Shown: positions 62,206-64,000 of the stretch, one piece after another
Numbering within the stretch: the first letter of the stretch is position 1
How the letters are laid out: each line of letters starts with the position of its first letter
From: Patescibacteria group bacterium
GTDB lineage: Bacteria; Patescibacteriota; Minisyncoccia; Moranbacterales; DUUL01
Reading direction: 5' to 3'
Length of the DNA stretch: 64,000 bases
NCBI GenBank assembly: GCA_034658815.1
Contig: JAYEFY010000020.1
Span: 11,966-75,965 of the forward strand
Position numbers and translations under genes: made by a program
The notes under the pieces: generated by a model
Told to the model about the DNA's origin: nothing
The model's database searches: none
Seen by the model: the letters and a program-made list of their open reading frames with translations, nothing else

Positions 62206-62341
62206 TGTTTCGTTTTTATTTTTTGTTATAAACCACAATATCACGCAGTATACCACATTATTCTTTTAGCAACAATTTTTTGAAATATAGCAATAAAAAT
62301 AAAATCGGATCTGTTATTTACGATCACAAAATAAGATGGGG

Positions 62342-62370
62342 TAGACAAATCTTTGAATCTATGCGATAAT
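62342..62370 (+). promoter_or_regulatory. Sigma70-like promoter
   Basis: TAGACA-17 nt-GATAAT with extended TGn. Confidence 0.45.
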
Positions 62371-62447
62371 AGAGTGTAAAAATAAAAAATACGCGTTCTT
62401 CAAAAAGGAAATTTGCCGATAAAAACCGGTGAAAAAGGAGGCGAAAG

Positions 62448-62717
62448 ATGAAACAAACAACAGCGCCTGAGATCAAGAATGGAAATGGATTGTTGGAATT
62501 ATTGGAAAAAGCAGGAAAAGGCTATTGGAATGCGGAGTATAGGGTTAGAAAAGCATTACGGGCTCTCTCAGTATCTTTAGGAGAGATTACAAAAGATCCG
62601 CTTGATACTGATGAGATGGAAGAAATTGAAGAAGGGCAAAAGGCTTTAGATATTGCTTATAAAGCGAGAAGAAAAAGTCATATTGCCTTTCAAGACGCGA
62701 GAAGTAGAACCGCTTGA
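62448..62717 (+). CDS. Hypothetical small helical protein
   Basis: AAGGAGG SD; promoter upstream; hairpin at 62748-62779 downstream. Confidence 0.7.
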   Translation: MKQTTAPEIKNGNGLLELLEKAGKGYWNAEYRVRKALRALSVSLGEITKDPLDTDEMEEIEEGQKALDIAYKARRKSHIAFQDARSRTA

Positions 62718-62845
62718 TCAGTAATGCATATGAAGTACGCATAATAACAGAGGTGGTTGAGATTGATCAATCACCTCTGAAATCTTTTTTAAGCTTGTTA
62801 TTTTAAATGGTTGGCTTACAAATAATCCCTAATAAATTTTCCGAT

Positions 62846-62874
62846 TTGACATATTCTTTTGTCCGTAATAGTAT
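62846..62874 (+). promoter_or_regulatory. Sigma70 promoter
   Basis: TTGACA-17 nt-TAGTAT. Confidence 0.6.
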
Positions 62875-62912
62875 TACATTTCAGTAAGTTAAAATAAAGG
62901 AGGACTTAAGAA

Positions 62913-63092
62913 ATGGTTCTTTTGGTAAAATGTCATATATGCCATTGTGAAATGGATCTTGTCCGTGAAGCTATATTTGACAGATACGGAAGGTTTATTT
63001 GTCCGAAATGTCATCGAGAGAAAAGTCTGAAAGTAAAAATATTAAGAATGATTTTCCCAAAAAGGAGGAAAGAAGTAAAATGGACGGAATAG
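62913..63092 (+). CDS. Small zinc-finger protein, 59 aa
   Basis: Translated by hand: MVLLVKCHICHCEM...FICPKCHREK...; AAGGAGG SD. Confidence 0.65.
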   Translation: MVLLVKCHICHCEMDLVREAIFDRYGRFICPKCHREKSLKVKILRMIFPKRRKEVKWTE

Positions 63093-63292
63093 AAATAGTT
63101 CACGGAATGCGTGGCCACTGTATCGAGTGCGGGAAAAACAATGTGGATCTGATTTATTCGGCAAATCCACATTCCGGAGTAGGATTTTGCATGGAGTGCA
63201 CAATTAAATCGCTCATGACTAGAAATGATGAATGCTACAAAGACATTTTTTTGGGCGCACTGCTAACTCATCTTCAAAGTAAGTACGCATAA
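63080..63292 (+). CDS. Small zinc-finger protein, 70 aa
   Basis: AGGAGG at 63063; CIEC...CMEC. Confidence 0.7.
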   Translation: MDGIEIVHGMRGHCIECGKNNVDLIYSANPHSGVGFCMECTIKSLMTRNDECYKDIFLGALLTHLQSKYA

Positions 63293-63310
63293 GTAAGTAC
63301 GCATAAGTAA
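63277..63310. repeat. 14-bp tandem duplication over a stop codon
   Basis: AAGTAAGTACGCAT x2 plus AAGTAA. Confidence 0.85.
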
Positions 63311-63602
63311 TTAAGCACTTTTTTATTAACCTATAAATACGCCCTTAGTGAAACACCGGGGGCGTTCTTTATATGAAGTGATTATTGGCTATGATGAAAT
63401 ATTTCTTGTTGTTTGTTACGCATAGCACGGAATTTTGTCATCTTGAGCGGAGTGAAAGATCCCTTAATCATGAATGGCAAACAACAAAGAATATTTCAAT
63501 GCAAAAAGAGTTCTCAAAATCTTTCTTATCTTAAGATACGAGATAAGAAAAAGTTGTCATTCTGGTTGAAAATTTTTAGTAACAAACATTAATACAAAAA
63601 AG

Positions 63603-63633
63603 AAACGCTGACAGAAAACGTCAGCGTTTTTTT
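63603..63633. terminator. Intrinsic terminator
   Basis: AAACGCTGAC-AGAAAAC-GTCAGCGTTTTTTT. Confidence 0.7.
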
Positions 63634-63656
63634 CGAATACGTTGTACGAAGATTAT

Positions 63657-64000
63657 TTATTTATCCAATTCTTCTATGGCACTTTGCCTATGCATATAAG
63701 CGACTGGGTTTTTCTGCGCCAAAATGTTAAGCGCCGCTAGAATGGCATTTTTCGGCGACAGCACTGTCACTATGGGTACTTGGCTGGGCATTCGGAGACT
63801 ACTCCAGACATCTTCAGGACAAACTTCAGTCGTTGTTGTTATCCCGATCACTGGCCAGCTTGTCCGCGCTGACAGAAGAGGTCCGAGACCATTGCTCATA
63901 CCAACGATAGCGAGGATCACTCCCCCTTCCGGATAGCTTGCTAGAACATTTTCAAGAACATTTAGGCAAGCACCCTGATATTTGTGTCCGGATTTGATAA
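63657..64000 (-). CDS. purE: AIR carboxylase (PurE) domain, class II/PAICS-like; 5' part outside the window
   Basis: KSGHK...AIVGMSNGLGPLLSA.T.WPVI...DVWSSLRMPSQVP. Confidence 0.8.
   Translation of the reverse strand, partial: IKSGHKYQGACLNVLENVLASYPEGGVILAIVGMSNGLGPLLSARTSWPVIGITTTTEVCPEDVWSSLRMPSQVPIVTVLSPKNAILAALNILAQKNPVAYMHRQSAIEELDK

Noticed and set aside
62999-63079. N-terminal part of ORF 62999-63292
   Set aside because: The SD supports ATG 63080; this stretch codes the 62913-63092 Zn-finger protein in another frame

Overview
AT-rich bacterial chromosome segment read with the standard code (TGA = stop). The gene content, the mostly SD-less housekeeping starts and the CCTGCCTGCCGGCAGGCAGG-type palindromes point to a CPR/Patescibacteria (Parcubacteria-like) genome; this is inference, not a database result. 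Most genes are on the minus strand. They include surface-polysaccharide genes (GT4, O-antigen ligase/polymerase, CelD/BcsL-type GNAT, two Wzz-like proteins, Wzx flippase, three GT2), clpB, two HtrA paralogues, a ferredoxin, a parvulin PPIase, a MacAB-like ABC exporter, folD, glyA, rpmH-rnpA-yidC-jag, rplY, a gap-murI-murD-acyP-mltG-rodA-ispG-ispH run, gyrB, mraY, a D,D-carboxypeptidase, scpA/scpB, aspS and a partial PurE. No rRNA, tRNA, CRISPR array or transposase was seen. Main leads: (1) a modular family of short inverted-repeat elements at about 20 gene junctions, carrying nested palindromic modules and overlapping start/stop codons; (2) a four-gene cassette of unrecognised exported proteins with strong SD sites (4.3-8.4 kb); (3) an HtrA paralogue that has lost its whole catalytic triad; (4) a PurE domain resembling the class II/PAICS type; (5) a Zn-finger micro-operon flanked by a 12-bp direct repeat; (6) a structured intergenic RNA candidate at 11.1-11.3 kb.
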